Assembly: GCF_006345805.1 (NCBI RefSeq)
Contig: NC_043004.1
Coordinates: 78,616,001 to 78,680,000, forward strand
From: Octopus sinensis
Taxonomy: Eukaryota
Length of the DNA stretch: 64,000 nucleotides
Direction: 5' to 3'
In this document: positions 1 through 14,039 of the stretch, in pieces
Position numbering within the stretch: the stretch's first letter is position 1
Layout of the letters: every line of letters begins with the position of its first letter
The notes under the pieces: generated by a model
Seen by the model: only the letters and a program-made list of their open reading frames with translations
Databases searched by the model: none
Told to the model about the DNA's origin: nothing
Made by a program: the position numbers and the translations under genes

Positions 1-1799
1 GTGTGTGTGTATACACGTTTGTATATTATATACACACACTCCTCTTAACATCACTCATTTACCATATACCCCCCCCCCTCTATATTAATCGTAAATTCGT
101 CATTCACTTACATCACCTCTATCCCCATTCGAACCCCACCACCACCATTCTGTCTCTTCTATTCTGCACTCAGCATCATTCTTTTTTCTTCTCTTACTCT
201 TCATCATGTTACTTTCTTATTCCTTTTTATATAATTTTCTATAATTACATAATTGCTTTACAGGATGGCTGGTTGGTTGGTTGGTTGGTTGGCAGGACAA
301 AATGTTTCGCTGTGTTTAACATTTTACTTCATAGGCGCTCGATGGCTGAATGGTTAAATAAAAAAAATTTTGCTTTGCAGCCACAAGGCTCTGGTTTCGA
401 TTCTGTTGTGTGGTGTCCTGGATGTATATTTATTTTGTATAACCGTGTGTCGACCCATAACTTGTGAATGAGGCTATGTAGAATCTTGTGCAGTGTATTG
501 TGTTAGTAATATTGGTGTGTTTACATTCCTGTAACTTAGCAGTTCAGCAAAAGAGACCAATATAATAAGTACTAGGCTTACAAAGAATATGTCCTGGGAT
601 CAATTTGTTTGACTAAAGGCATTGCTCCAGCATGGCCATAGTCAAATGACTGAAATCAGTAAAAGAATATCTATGTATGTATGTACATAAGTGTGTATAT
701 ATGTATGTGTATACATAGGTGCAGATGTGGCCGTGTGGTAAGAAGCTTCCTTCCTAAGCATGTTTCCAGGTTCAGTCCCCCAGCGTGGCACCTTAGGCAA
801 GGGTCTTCTATAGCCTTGGGCTGACCAAATTGCCCTGCACCCAGTCATGCTGGTTCTTTCTGGGAATTACAACAATGGTACATCACTTGTCTGTGGAATA
901 TTCAGTCATGTTTATTGAATGAACCTGATAGTTTAACTGATAAATCAATTGAACTTGATGCTTGGAAATTCTGACGGATCCATTTTTATTTTAGAGTTCA
1001 AATCCCACCTGGATCAACTGCTCCTGTGGTCTCAGCCTTTTTTTACCACTGTGTGTGTGTATGATATTTATGTTAAATCTAAAAGCTGGTGTTTCAGCCT
1101 GTAAACATCACAGACCATCACGTGCACACACATACACCCGTCACCCCCCCCACTGTCGCACATGCACACATCCGTCACACACGCACACACACATCACACA
1201 CACACACCCTTGTCACACACAGACACACCTCCCTGTCACATACACACATCTCTGACACACTTGTCACTCCCCTTCACACACACACACAACTCTCTCTTCT
1301 CTCATGCAGTTCACAATATGAGATTAAAATGCTTTTATATAATTTTATTGAACTATAAAATTCTTCTCAGGGTAAAAGCATTAAAAAAATCCCCCTCAAA
1401 ATTACTTAACAGTTTAAAACCTTAATATTTTAGAAATTTGGACAAATTTAAACAAAAAATGGTGAAACAATAAATTATTTTCCACTGTAATTTGAAATCA
1501 TGTATCAAGTTTTTGAAGATTTGACTTAAATGTGGAATTGTTTCTAATTAAAGCATGTGGCCAGCTATTTTGGGTGCAGGGTGAGGAGGTCAGTTGGTTA
1601 CATCGGCCCCAGTCCTGACAAGTGCTTTATTTCATTGACCTCAGAGTGATACAAGGTAAAGTTGACCTCAGCAGGATTTGAACTCAGGAGATAAAAAGCT
1701 AGAAGAAATAGGGCAAGGAATTTTGTCCGACTCTCTAATAATTCTATCAATCCACCACTGTATGGAACTTTAATGACCACATTCCTCATAGACTTTCTG

Positions 1800-1871
<72 letters not shown>

Positions 1872-3530
1872 GTATGCATGAGAGAGGGAGTGAGAAATTA
1901 AAGGACTGAGGGGGTAAAATAAAACCAAGTAACAGGTGACACTGATATTTCTAAACTTCACACTAATATTCCTATTCAGCTTTGTCTTTTTTTCATCTCT
2001 TTTCTTTTTCTCATTCCTCTCTTAGTTCAAGGAGACTTTGGCCCCAGGATTTTTTCTTTTCTTTCTTTGCTCATACATTATTCTGGGTTGCATCTGGTTC
2101 ACTTTAGGAAATTTGGTCAGTATTTGAGAATTGGTGATCTTGTATGAGATACTCAAGCTTTGGTACTCTCTTGAATGCTAAGATATGTTATATATGTATG
2201 GAAAATCCTGAAGGGTTATGTTCCAAACTTTGGTATTAGAGAGACTTCTAATGCATCAACTGGTAGACACGATCAGCTTCCAAATATACCATCTTTGAAA
2301 TCACTAGTCTGATATTCAGAGGTTAATCTAAAGAAAGCAGAAATATAAAAAGAACTCTTACTGAAAAAGTAAATAAAAGACAAAAAAAAACATTGGGTAA
2401 ACTACTTACAATGATGCCAGACCAGCCAACCATTCCAAGATACCCCCAGGAAAGATCAGCTTCTTGAAATTCAATCATAGACCAACTTCCAGCTTTAAAG
2501 TGACAACAAAACTGATAGAAAATAAATTAAGGCAGTGCTCCAGTGTGGTCATGGTCCTATGACTGAAACCATTAAAAGAATATTTGATGTATAAACAATA
2601 AGCAAGAATATTTTGGGCCATAGATGGGCCATATATTTTGGTTCATTATATACGGCTGGTTTAAATGCCAAAAGGGTCAAAGCAATGATAATGATATAAT
2701 GTTGTGAGAGCTTCTAGTATGTTTAACCCTTTCCTGTTGAGATGCTGTGTTTCAATTAATTTTAAATATAACAAAGAATTTAGTAAAATAACTTATTTAT
2801 CATTCAGCTAGTGTTAGGAACATAAACTGTGACTAAGGTTTGGTGGAAGAATTTATTCAGAACTTTTGAAAACAAAACATTTGTATTACAGAACCAGAGA
2901 CAGTTTCAGCCAGGTTGATATTGAAAAGATTAAAAATTGTTTCTCTTTTATATATTCTAACCCTTTTGTTACCGTATTTCTGTTGAGATGCTCTGTGTTT
3001 CTTTCAATTAATTTTAAATATAACAAAAAGAATTTAGTAAAATACCTTAGTTATCAATAAGCTAGTGTTAGCAACATAAATTGTGACTAAGGTTTGGTGG
3101 TAGATTTTAATTCAGCTGGGTTGGTATTGAAAGGTTTAATAGGCTCTGTGTGAACTGACTCTACAATCCAAAAATTTCAAATTGTAACTATTTCAGAGAA
3201 ATTCTAATGTTCTTGCAGAAGACCTGAATGTTACACTTCACATTGGTCCCTTTTCTGAAGTCAGTAGTGGAGGGTAATTACCCATCGATGGCTAGCAATC
3301 ATCAAACAACTGCTAATCACATTAGTTCATGGGCAGGGGGTGGGGATTATTATTGTAGGTGTAGCAGTGTGGTAAGAAATTTACTTCCCGGCCACATGGT
3401 TCCGGGTTCAGTCCCACTGTGTGGTACCTTGAGCAAATGTTTTCTGCTATAGTCTCAGGCTGACCAAAGCCTTGTGAGTGGACTTAGTAGATGGAAACTG
3501 AAAGAAGCCTATTGTATATTTGTGTGTGTA

Positions 3531-3561
<31 letters not shown>

Positions 3562-4026
3562 CTGTGTTTGTCCCCCACCACCACTCGACAACTTGTGTTG
3601 GTTTGTTTACATCCCTGTAACTTAGCAGTTTGGCAAAGGGAACTGATAGAATAAGTACCAGGCTTAAAAAATAAATCCTGGGGTTGATTTGTTCAACTGA
3701 AATTCTTCAAGGCAGTGCCCCAGCATGGCCGCAGTCTGGTGACTGAAGCATATGAAAGAGTTAAAAAATAAAAATATAAATCTCCATCTATTAGTGGCAG
3801 ATTTATCTGCAGACCCTTGTTGTTGCTAGTGAAGGACTGCTTGTGTGTGTGTGTGTGTGTGTGTGTGTTGGGGAGCAGGGGCAATTGCATTCCTATGTGG
3901 GAATTCTTGGGAAAGGCCACCAGAATGAATGTCGATGTTAATTTTAAGTGATTGCTGCTTAAAACAGAAAAAATGTGTCTTTTATCTTTTACAAATTGCT
4001 GTAAAATTTAGTGAAGAAATATTGAC

Positions 4027-4256
4027 TTAACCCTTTCCATACCAACCTGGCTGAAACTGCTTCTGGCTCTGTAGTACAAATGTCTTGTTTTCATAAGTTC
4101 TAAATTAAAATCTTCCACTAAACCTTAGTCACAATTTATGTTGCTAACACTTACTGAATGATAACTAAGTTATTTTACTAAATTCTTTGTTATATTTAAA
4201 ATAAACTGAAAGAAACACATAACATCTCAACAGAAATACAGTAACGAAAGGGTTAA
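4027..4256 (-). mobile_element. piggyBac-like MITE copy
   Basis: TTAACCCTTT...AAAGGGTTAA; the body is the reverse complement of 11049-11264. Confidence 0.85.
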
Positions 4257-5044
4257 ACAACAGAAATGATGACAAACAACTGAAGTAAGATTTGAGATAA
4301 GTAAAAGAGCAAAGAGGTAGTGACTCTGAACGACAACAATTCTGAGGAATTGGTAGGAGTGGTCTGCACCATCAAAGCTGATTCTATGAAGTTCATTTGC
4401 TTAGATAAGTTCCTGTGCTGTTTGAGTGAGGAGGGAGTGTAGCTCAGTGGTTAGCGAGCTTGGCTCATGATCGTAAGGTTGTGAGTTTGAGTCCTGGTGG
4501 CATGTTGTGACCTTGAGCAAGAAACTTCACTTCACATTGCACCAGTCCACTCAGCTGGCAAAAATGAGTTGTAATTCAAAAGGGCCAGCCTTGTCATTCT
4601 TTTCTCATGCTTAATCTCTCTGAGAACAACATTAAGGATATGTGTGTCTGTGGTGTACACAGCCACCTGTATGTTAATTTCACAAGCAGGCTGTTCCATT
4701 AATTGGATTGACTGGAATACTTATCGTGACCAATGAAGTACCTGGTCATGATGTATGGGGAGAGGGATCTGATGGTCCAAGAATGACTCTTCATCAGGGA
4801 GGGAACAATTTTTTCCAAAGAAGTAATGAAGCATGAGGATCTAGAATTATATATAAAAGAAGAAAATAGAGACTGGGAAGTCAATAATTGTTTATTATTA
4901 ACATCAAATTAATTGTCATCCCTTACAGCTGTTTCAATTAATACTCAGTAAATATTAAATGTATATAACCTGAGCATAATATCTTCAGAGGGAAAAAAGA
5001 TATACCCTTGGATGTTTTATATATGTTTATGGATTCATTATAAC

Positions 5045-5077
<33 letters not shown>

Positions 5078-5079
<2 letters not shown>

Positions 5080-5620
5080 TCATCATCGTTTAACGTCCGC
5101 TTTCCATGCTAGCATGGGTTGGACGATTTTGACTGAGGGCTGGTGAACCAGATGGCTGCACCAGGCTCCAATCTTTATCTGGCAGAGTTTCTACAGCTGG
5201 ATGCCCTTCCTAACACCAACCACTCAGAGAGTGTAGTGGGTGCTTTTTACATGCCACCGGCATGGGGGCCAGTCAGGCGGTACTGGCAACGACCTCGCTC
5301 GAATCTTTTTACACTTGCCACCAACACAGGTGTCAGTGAAGCAATGTTGGTAACGATCACATTCGAATGGTGCCCTTTTACGTGCCACGGGTACGGAAGC
5401 CAGTTGGCTGCTCTGGCAACGATCATGCTCAGATGGTGCTCTTGGCACCCTACTAACATAGGCACAAGTGCCAGTAAGGCAACCCTGGTAACGATCACAC
5501 TCGAATGGTGCCCTTTTATGTGCCACTGGCATGGAAGCCGGTTAGCCGCTCTGTCAACGATCACTCTCGTATGGTCCTTTTTGCACCCCGCTAGCATGGA
5601 TGCCAGTCATCGAATTAATT
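5078..5620 (-). mobile_element. RTE LINE 3'-UTR-only copy with array order A-B-A-B-C-D
   Basis: Reverse complement aligns unit by unit with 14800-15328. Related UTR-only copies are at about 15604-15927(-), 21539-21895(-), 23205-23665(-), 28094-28465(-), 30460-30828(+), 48370-48610(+), 59375-59700(-) and 61200-61635(+). Confidence 0.88.
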
Positions 5621-5624
5621 TTAC

Positions 5625-5656
<32 letters not shown>

Positions 5657-5662
5657 GTGAAA

Positions 5663-5980
5663 GCACGTGGCTTAGTGGATAAGACATTCAGCACTTGATT
5701 GTAAGGTCATGAGTTCAATTCATGATGACGCATTGTGTCTTTGAGCAAGACAGTTTATTTCACATTGCTCCAGTCCACTCGGCTAGCAAAAATTAGTTGT
5801 ACCTGTATTTCAAAGGGCCGGCCTTGTTACACTTTGTGTCATGCTGAATTTCCCTCAGAACTACATTAAGGGTACACGTGCCTGTGGAGTGCTCAACCAC
5901 TTGCACGTTTATTTTATGAGCAAGCTGTTCGATTGATCGTATCAGCTGGGACCCTCATCGTTGTAACCAACATAGTGCTC
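5663..5980 (+). mobile_element. tRNA-headed SINE family D
   Basis: GTGGCTTAGTGG...GAGTTCAATTC head, then CTTGAGCAAGAC..TTTCACATTGCTCCAGTCCACTC body. Other copies at about 4436-4745, 26980-27360, 33285-33895 and 37330-37600(-). Confidence 0.85.
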
Positions 5981-6644
5981 CTTTATATATATAGACACAT
6001 TAGTGCACCATGCGAAATCTTTGGCGGTATTTCATCTGTCGTTACGTTCTGAGTTCAAATTCCGCCATGGTCAACTTTCATCTTTTCGGGGTCGATAAAG
6101 TACCAGTTTCGCACTGGGGTCGATGTAATCGACTTAATCCCTTTGTCTGTCCTTGTTTGTCCCCTCTATGTTTAGCCCCTTGTGGGCAGTAAAGAAATAT
6201 ATATATATATATATATATATTGTTGATTAAATTGATTCTAGTAACTTACTGGCAGATAAATGGATATGAGCATATTTACCATATTTGATGTTATTAAATA
6301 CACAAGGGTATATTAGATGCACCCTAACTTCAGTGCATATTCAGAAAAAAGAAAAGATTTTAGTGCACTAAAGAATGTAATATAGACCCCAACTTTGCAT
6401 ATAAGGCCCAGGGTGCATTGTACATGGCATCAAATGTAATAATCCATAGATTATCAAAAAAGCTATGATGAAAATTCTTCTGCATCATCCAAATGCATCT
6501 TGCTCTCCATAGTAGTTCTTTTGTAAACTCTTATGAGTTCCAAAAACAATCTTTTTGTTTCTTTTTGTTTTTTGCATGGTACTTTATCCCTTTTGATACC
6601 ATCCTACCTAGGCCCAAATATATGGGAAATTACCACCTGTATCA

Positions 6645-6880
6645 TCTCTTGTGAAAGGTAGAAGAGTCCAGTCTGCTGGACATTGTTGTAGAGCTGAAAA
6701 CGAGGTAATTTCTACTCTTCTCCTCTGGAAGCCATCTGCTTGCGATACTCTTGTACCCTGACATAATCTTCAGGGATACAGGCATCCAGCAACAGGACCT
6801 TCGTAATGCTATGATGGACCGTGAAGTCTGGTGCAACATAGTAAATTCCATTGTCTTGACCACGGTCAAACAATGATGAT
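6645..6880 (+). mobile_element. LINE 3'-end fragment (RTE/RTE-X-like)
   Basis: VKGRRVQSAGHCCRAENEVISTLLLWKPS [frameshift] YPDIIFRDTGIQQQDLRNAMMDREVWCNIV, followed by a (GAT)n tail. Confidence 0.75.
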
Positions 6881-7257
6881 GACAATTTCCAGTTTTGAAG
6901 TGATCAAAATTGAAACCTATCAAAATGTCATGCTGATTTATATTCCAATCACCAACTTGATAGCAACAAAGTTATTTCACTTATACATAAAATATTCTTA
7001 TATTATACATCTTCGTTTTATCATCGTTTTAATGTCCACTTTTCCATACTGGTATGAGTTGGATGGAATTTGTTGGGGTGGATTTTTCTATGGCCAGATG
7101 CCTTTCCTGTCACTAATCCTTATGTGTTTCCAAGCAATGTAGCATTTCCCCATGACCAGAGTGGTTCCATGAAGCATTCTAGGAGGAGGAGGACACTGTT
7201 TGCAAGACAATTACACTCGTTTGCACCTATCACGCAACGTCAAAGCAATGAGGCAGC

Positions 7258-7520
7258 AACACACACACATGCACATACACACATATACATTCACATGCAT
7301 ATGTACATGTACACACATGCACGTGTGCTTGCACACAAGCATATACATACACATTCACACATGCACATACACACACACATAATGCATACACACACACACG
7401 TTCATGCATACACACACACGTTCATGCACATACATACACACACATACATACACACACACATACATAAACGCATATACATACACACTCGGTATGCATATAT
7501 GCAACACACACACACATCCA
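7258..7520. repeat. Complex (CA)/(CATA)-rich microsatellite tract
   Basis: Interrupted ACAC/ATAC runs; a similar tract is at 1120-1290. Many (TA)n, (TG)n, (GA)n, (CAT)n and (AAT)n tracts occur throughout the non-coding DNA. Confidence 0.9.
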
Positions 7521-7995
7521 TCAAATACATTTGAAGCTGTATAGTGAGTGTTGAAAGGTTTTAACCTTGGAAGCGACATACATGACGATCGTAGTCCACA
7601 TGTCAGTGTATCATCGTGTGTGTGTGTGTGTATCCGTGTGTCCGTGTGTCTATCACTCCTCCCACCCTCTTTCCTATGCACAACAATGTTGGGTGAGTGG
7701 ATGGGTGGTAAAAATCACATGACAAGAGTTCTGTTGTTTCCAATCTTTATTAATAAACGTAGGTGGGGGTGGGCGTGAGAAAGAATAAAAAGCCTCAACA
7801 AGCTTATTAGGACACCATCTGTTAAGAGGAATTGTTGATTGGTATTGTCAAGGGTTGACATATATATATATATGTATATATAAATGTATGTATATACATA
7901 CACACGTCAGTTACTGAAGCGACCAAGGGTGCTATTCAACACCAGTATTGCTAGAAGTAAGTGTCAAAACAATTCTTATGCCAACAAGCCACCCT

Positions 7996-8038
<43 letters not shown>

Positions 8039-8213
8039 TTGAGGTATAGGTGCAGTAGTGGCTGTGTGGTAAGAAGCTTGTCTCCCAACCACATGGTTCC
8101 AGGTTCAGTCCCACTGCATTGCACTTTGTGCAAGTGTCTTCTACTATAGCTTCGAGCTGACCAAAGCCTTGTGTGTGTGATATATATATGTATATGTATG
8201 TATATATATATAT

Positions 8214-8910
8214 CATCATCATCATCATCATTTAACATCTGTTTTCCATGCTAGCATGGGTCAGATGGTTTGACTGAGGTCTAGAGAGTCAGTGGCTACA
8301 CCAGACTCCAATCTGATCTGGCAATGTTCCTACAGCTGGATGCCCTTCCTAATGCCAACCACTCTGAGAGTGTAGTGGGTGCTGTTTATGTGCCAACAGC
8401 ACAGGAGCCAGTCAGGTGGGCCTGGCATCGATCATGTTCAAATAGTACTTATTATGTGCCACTGGCACAGGAGCCAGTCAAGGAGTGAAGGCATCAGCTA
8501 TGTTCAGATGGTGCTTTTTATGTTCCACTGGCACAGGGAGCTAGTCAGGGGACACTGGCATCGACCATGTTCAGATGATGCATTTTACGTGCCACCAGAA
8601 TGAGGGCCAGTCAGGTGGCACTGGTCACAGCTGCATTTTTGGTTTTACTAGACTCAACAGGTCTTCTCAAGCATATCATATCACCCCCATGCTTCAAGGG
8701 TACTCTTAAATGGGCCAGACACACAACACTGGCATCGCCCAATGCTGCGATCTCACTTTAGTTGCCGAGTCTTCTCAATCACAGCCTTTCTCCAAAGGTC
8801 TTGGTCTCCTGTCATTACCTCTGTGAGGCCCTATGTTCAATGGTCATGCTTCACCATCTCATCCCATGTCTTCCTGGGTCTACCTCTTTCACAGGTTCCT
8901 TCCACAGTTC
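8214..8910 (-). mobile_element. 5'-truncated RTE LINE (older copy)
   Basis: Minus ...GTCERGRPRKTWDEMVKHDH..LGLTEVMTGD at 8790-8910, then degenerate array and (GAT)n tail. Confidence 0.8.
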
Positions 8911-8918
8911 GGAAAATA

Positions 8919-8968
<50 letters not shown>

Positions 8969-8971
<3 letters not shown>

Positions 8972-9202
8972 TTTATAGCTAGCAGAACCTTGGAAGTAGT
9001 AAATTATCCAAAAGAGGGGTAGACTACAAGCTACTCTTCAGGCTAAGGATTTGGTCTCAAATCCCCAATAAATTTATGCGGCATCTCCTAACGATAATGT
9101 AAACTTCATATAATCAAAGTATCATTGGTCTGAAGGGTAGCTTGCAGTCTTCTCCTTGTTTGGATAATTTGCTATTTCCAATGTTCTGCTAGTTATGAAA
9201 CA
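8969..9202. mobile_element. Older fold-back MITE with ~75-bp imperfect arms
   Basis: AGCTAGCAGAACCTTGGAAGTAGTAAATTATCCAAA... versus the reverse complement of the right end, AACTAGCAGAACATTGGAAATAGCAAATTATCCAAA... Confidence 0.75.
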
Positions 9203-11048
9203 TATGTAGACTGGATTTTATCTACTCCAGTCCCTAAATTTGGAATATATATATATACATATATATATATACATACATACATATATATATATATGTGTGT
9301 GTGTGTATGTCTGTATTTGTCCCCACCACCACTGCTTGACAACAAGTGTTGGTTTTATATTCCCATAACTTAGCAGAATAAATACCAGGCTTAAGAAGAA
9401 AATAAGCAGTGGGGTCAATTCATTTGACTAAAAGTTCTTCAAGCTGGTGCCCCAGCATGGCCACAGCTGGTGCCCCAGCATGGCCACATGTATATGTTGT
9501 GGATGAAATTTCTACCCTGATACATATTTTATATAGCATTTTGTTCCAACAAAAATTTCTTTTGTTTTATTTTTTTTTCAATTGGTTTTATGTTTTTGTT
9601 ATATTTTATTTGTAATCATTAAAAGAACAAAAAAGAAACCCAGCAAAAATTTATAAAAAATGCGAGAAATTTAATCCAGCACATTCATTCATTCCGTTCC
9701 CAAGAGGAGGAGATTGTTGAAAATGTGGGGGAGAGAGGGGAAGGTTATTATTATTATTATTTATTAGAATGATATTTGATTTGTAAAGTGCAAAGTAGTG
9801 TGGGGGTTGGGTGTGGAATGCAGAGACGAGATTGGTGTGGGAGACAGGAAAGGGACTAACAAAAAATGAGAAAAAAAAAGAATTTGGTGGACTGATACAC
9901 ATTAAATGCTAACGAGAATATTCAGATCTATTGACGGGGCCCCTCCTAATAAATTGCGATTTTGGTATTGTTCTTAGTTTTTGACACACGTACAGATATG
10001 TGCACATATATACATATGGATATGTGCATATATGTATATACTTATACATATATATCACATACATACATTCATACACATACAACTATATGCAGATACATGT
10101 CGGCATCACAATTCCATCTTTTTTTGTGTCAGGGTTAGTAATGAGGAATTAATATATCTTAATTAGCCATTCTACTTTGGTCCTTCATTTCCCACATTGT
10201 CAAAGAAAGAAAGAAAACTACCCATAAAGCGGCATATATTCTTTCTGTCTTTGATGGTTCTCTTTTTAATGGTGCCTTACATCCTGTCTATTTTTGCCAT
10301 TATTTCTAAATGGGTTAGTAGTAGATGTTATAAACATTTCTGCTGTACAACACCTCTGTCTTTGGTTGGTTCCAGTACCATATCAGTGTTTCTATGAGAG
10401 GGTGTTGGTAGTTCTTTCGATCCTGTTCTATTTCTCAAAAAGGGACACTTTGAACAGTTCATAGGTCTTAGTCTCTCATCACCTGATGCAAAGCCACATC
10501 CCTCAACTCTGTACCCCAATTCCTTCAAAAGGTCCTGTTTTGAAAGTTATTTGGTCAGCTCATGAAAAAAAGCACTCACTACACATTAAGTGGTTGGCAT
10601 TAGGAAAGGCATCCAGCCATAGAAAACCTTCCTAAACAGATACTGGAGCCCAATGTAGCTCCCTGGCCAGTTCCATCCTGTCGAACCATCCAAATCATGC
10701 CAGCATGGAATATGGAAGTTGAATAACGATGACCATGTGACAGAAGAAAACATACCTGCCCTTACTGATCAAAGGAAAGTGGTGACAAGATCCTTAAAAT
10801 GGATTTCACTGAGAGTCAATCTGTCCTACAGTGTGATAACAGCTGTTTGCCACAATATGACAGATTCCGAGAGGAGGAGGAGAAGGAGGAGGAGGAGGAT
10901 CGTCTCTAGTATTTGGCTGATATTTTATTGACCCTGATAATATGAAAAGCAAAATTGATCTTTATAGGGATTTCAAGTCACTGAGAGCCTGAACAAATCC
11001 CATAAGGCATTCTTTCTAATGCTCCAACAACTTTACCTTCCCTCCTCC

Positions 11049-11264
11049 TTAACCCTTTTCGTTACTGTATTTCTGTTGAGATGCTCTGTGTTTCTGTATA
11101 ACAAAGAATTTAGTAAAGTAACTTCATTATCATTCAGCTAGTGTTAGGAACATAAATTGTGACTAAGGTTTGGTGGAAGATTTTAATTCAAAACTTTTGA
11201 AAACAAGACATTTGTACTAGAGAGCCAGACGTGGTTTCAGCCGGGTTGGTATCGAAAGGGTTAA
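11049..11264 (+). mobile_element. piggyBac-like MITE (TTAA-CCCTTT...AAAGGG-TTAA)
   Basis: TTAA at both ends with CCCTTT/AAAGGG termini. Same family at 4027-4256(-), 11408-11635(+), 33555-33779(-), two head-to-tail copies at about 2722-3138(+), and fragments near 39290-39430 and 51010-51160. Confidence 0.85.
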
Positions 11265-12853
11265 ACACACCTCTACATTTGGGTTGATTGACATTAGAAG
11301 CAGTTGGAAGGGTGTGGATTGAAGGAAATTTAGGCTATTATTTCTAGCATATAGAGTGACCACACTGAGGTCTCCTTCTCTTATGTCTTCTGCTGATTAT
11401 TTTTCTCTGAACCCTTTCGTTACTATATTTCTGTTGAAATTCTCTGTGTTTCTTTCAATTACTTTAAATATAACAAAGAATTTAGTAAAATAACTTAGTT
11501 ATCATTAAGCTAGTGTTAGGAACATAAATTATGACTAAGGTTTGGTGGAAGATTTTAATTGAGATCTTTTGAAAACAAGACATTTGTACTCAGAGTCAGA
11601 GCCGGTTTCAGCCGGGTTGGAATCGAAAGGGTTAATCACACACACACTCACGTGTGCATTGGGGACATGATATTTCTTTACAATTTCCAGCCTGCAACTC
11701 TAGGTTCTTATTTGATACATGCTGCCCAACAATTCCATTTATTTTCTCTCTAAAAACCGTGCCTCTAAATCAAATATATAATTGGACTTCATTTCACTCT
11801 ACACAGACCTTCATCTTTATTTTATATATCCAGTTCTTATTGACAGATGCCATCACAAGTCTATCCTTTCTCCTAACAATATTTTGTACTAATAAAGAAA
11901 AAACAACCAGGCCATAACCATCATCCACAATTAAAAAATGGCTTGTTTTATTCTTCTGTAACTACAAGCAGGCATAGGGGCCATAGACACCTTCTTGCCC
12001 ATCCCAGTGGAACATTCCCAATGTGGTAGCTGGAGATGAGAGAAGACAACACGTTCATTAAGCAAGTGTTCATTTTCAGCTGAGTTGATGGGAAAAAATG
12101 TTAAATCAAGTACCTTGCACAAGTTTACAATGTACCACCTGGCCCTGGAAAAGTTTACACAACCCCCTCTCCCCCAGTACTTGACTGGTATTTTTTTCTA
12201 TTGACCTCTGAAGAGATGAAAAGCAAAATTGACCTCAATGGGATTTGAGCTCAGAATGTAAAGAATTGGAAGAAATGCTGCCGAGCTTGGTAATCATTTT
12301 GCAAGCTCACCTCCTTCATTGTAAAATGTAACCTTCCTTTATAAGACAGTTGAGTGTAATTTGAGAGAATTTAGTTGTTGTTTTCAGCAAATCATGCAAC
12401 TGCTTCAAGGCTTCCTTGCTGACTTGTCTCTTAACTCGATGTTGTTACTAGTGTCAGAGACACACATGGGGATAATAGATTTGTTTGGATTTATAAGATA
12501 GAAGGGGATTAAGGAATGCATTGCCTATGGCTTAATTACATTTGTGAGTAACATATGTTGTGTTACACAGCAGTTTTATATATATATATATATATAGTGA
12601 AACATACCAAAATGTTTGAGTGCAAAGTAAGTTTAGCAAGTGATGATAAAATGGCGGGAAAGATGAGTGTGATGGCTTTCAACCGTTATTTAAATGGCTG
12701 ATGGTTCACTGAATGTAAAGATTAACAGGTAAATGGTGGAAAACATCAGAGATATCAAACCATTTATGTATTCAGAACATACACACACACACACACGCAT
12801 GCACACACATAGGGTGATAAGTACAAAGACATGGATATGTGTATATGTATGTA

Positions 12854-12915
<62 letters not shown>

Positions 12916-13163
12916 TATTTGAAAAAATGAATAGAAATGGCTTTAGTGATATTTCCACTTTAATAATTAGATGTTTATAAATTATTGGGTGTTAATAATT
13001 CATAAATATTTAATTACTAAAATGGAAAAATTATCAGTAAAGCCATCTCTTTCATTTTCATAAATGGATAACCCTGTACCAACGACTCTGCTCCTAATTC
13101 TACTATATATATATATATACACACACACACAGATGAATATATGTGTGGGGTATAAATGTAAAA

Positions 13164-13210
<47 letters not shown>

Positions 13211-13499
13211 TAACAAAGATGTACAGGTGTCAATTCATTATGGGATTGTCTGTTTACCTGCCTATCTCCCATGAATCTACCTGCATTTATTTATCTCTCT
13301 TCCTGTCTGCTTTTCTGCCGGGTTATCCATCCCTGCCTCTCCCTCTGTCTGTGTGTATCTTAATTTTCCTGAGTTTCCTGCCATGATAACATTACGTTTT
13401 CCTCTTTGTTACCTTGAGGATGAGGTAGCAAGGCAGAATACGGAAGCACTGAAGCCTCACCTTTGAATGAATAATAAATTCTACTACACATATTGAGTT

Positions 13500-13690
13500 C
13501 TTATTTCTCATTTTTGTGGTACCAAACATGGGATATACCATTATCATCCTTAACTAGAGGTAGCAGTTTACTCAAAGTCACCACCCTCTGTTCCACCCTA
13601 ACCTCGTAATGGCCCTGGAACCTGGTGCACGTGTTCCTCAGTGTGTCACTGAGAACATCTTCAAATACCTCCTTAATCTTAACCAACAGC
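13500..13690 (-). mobile_element. Tc1/mariner transposase C-terminal remnant
   Basis: KIKEVFEDVLSDTLRNTCTRFQGHYEVRVEQ resembles the terminal helices of Tc1/mariner transposases (I...F..L..D..R.AC.RF..R.E..VE). Confidence 0.5.
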
Positions 13691-13696
13691 TTGGCC

Positions 13697-13742
<46 letters not shown>

Positions 13743-14039
13743 ATGTATGTGTATAATGGTTTCACATTTTGACACAGGGCCAGCAGTTTTTGAGGGTGGG
13801 GTAAGTTGATTATATTGACCCCGATACTTCACTGGTCCTAATTTTATCAACTGCGAAAGGATGAAAGGCATAAGTGACCTGGGCAGAATTTGAACATGGA
13901 ACTTAAAGATGGACAAAATACTGCTAAGCATTTTGCCCAGTCTGCTAATAATTCTGCCACCTTGCCTTATACACACTCACACACATTATATAGATATGTG
14001 TGTGTGTTTGTGTGTATATTATATATATATATATATATA

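Noticed and set aside
4436-4510. tRNA gene-like heads (also 5663, 26980, 51385)
   Set aside because: A/B-box-like motifs are present but there is no complete cloverleaf, and each continues into a SINE body.
5143-5682. 179-aa ORF and similar Cys/His/Trp-rich ORFs (14808, 14873, 23239, 30329, 61216)
   Set aside because: These are translations of the RTE 3'-UTR array in several frames and both strands.
7070-7681. His/Thr-rich or Val/Cys-rich ORFs, also at 3-467 and 1055-1425
   Set aside because: Products of (CA)n, (TG)n and (TA)n microsatellites.
10197-10560. Moderately complex stretch with short ORFs on both strands
   Set aside because: No motif I can assign to a host gene or transposase; left unannotated.
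12648-12661. AAAATGGCGGGAAA (overlapping YY1- and E2F-like motifs; ATG GCG start)
   Set aside because: Isolated motif in AT-rich DNA; the ATG frame stops after 16 codons and there is no other promoter evidence.
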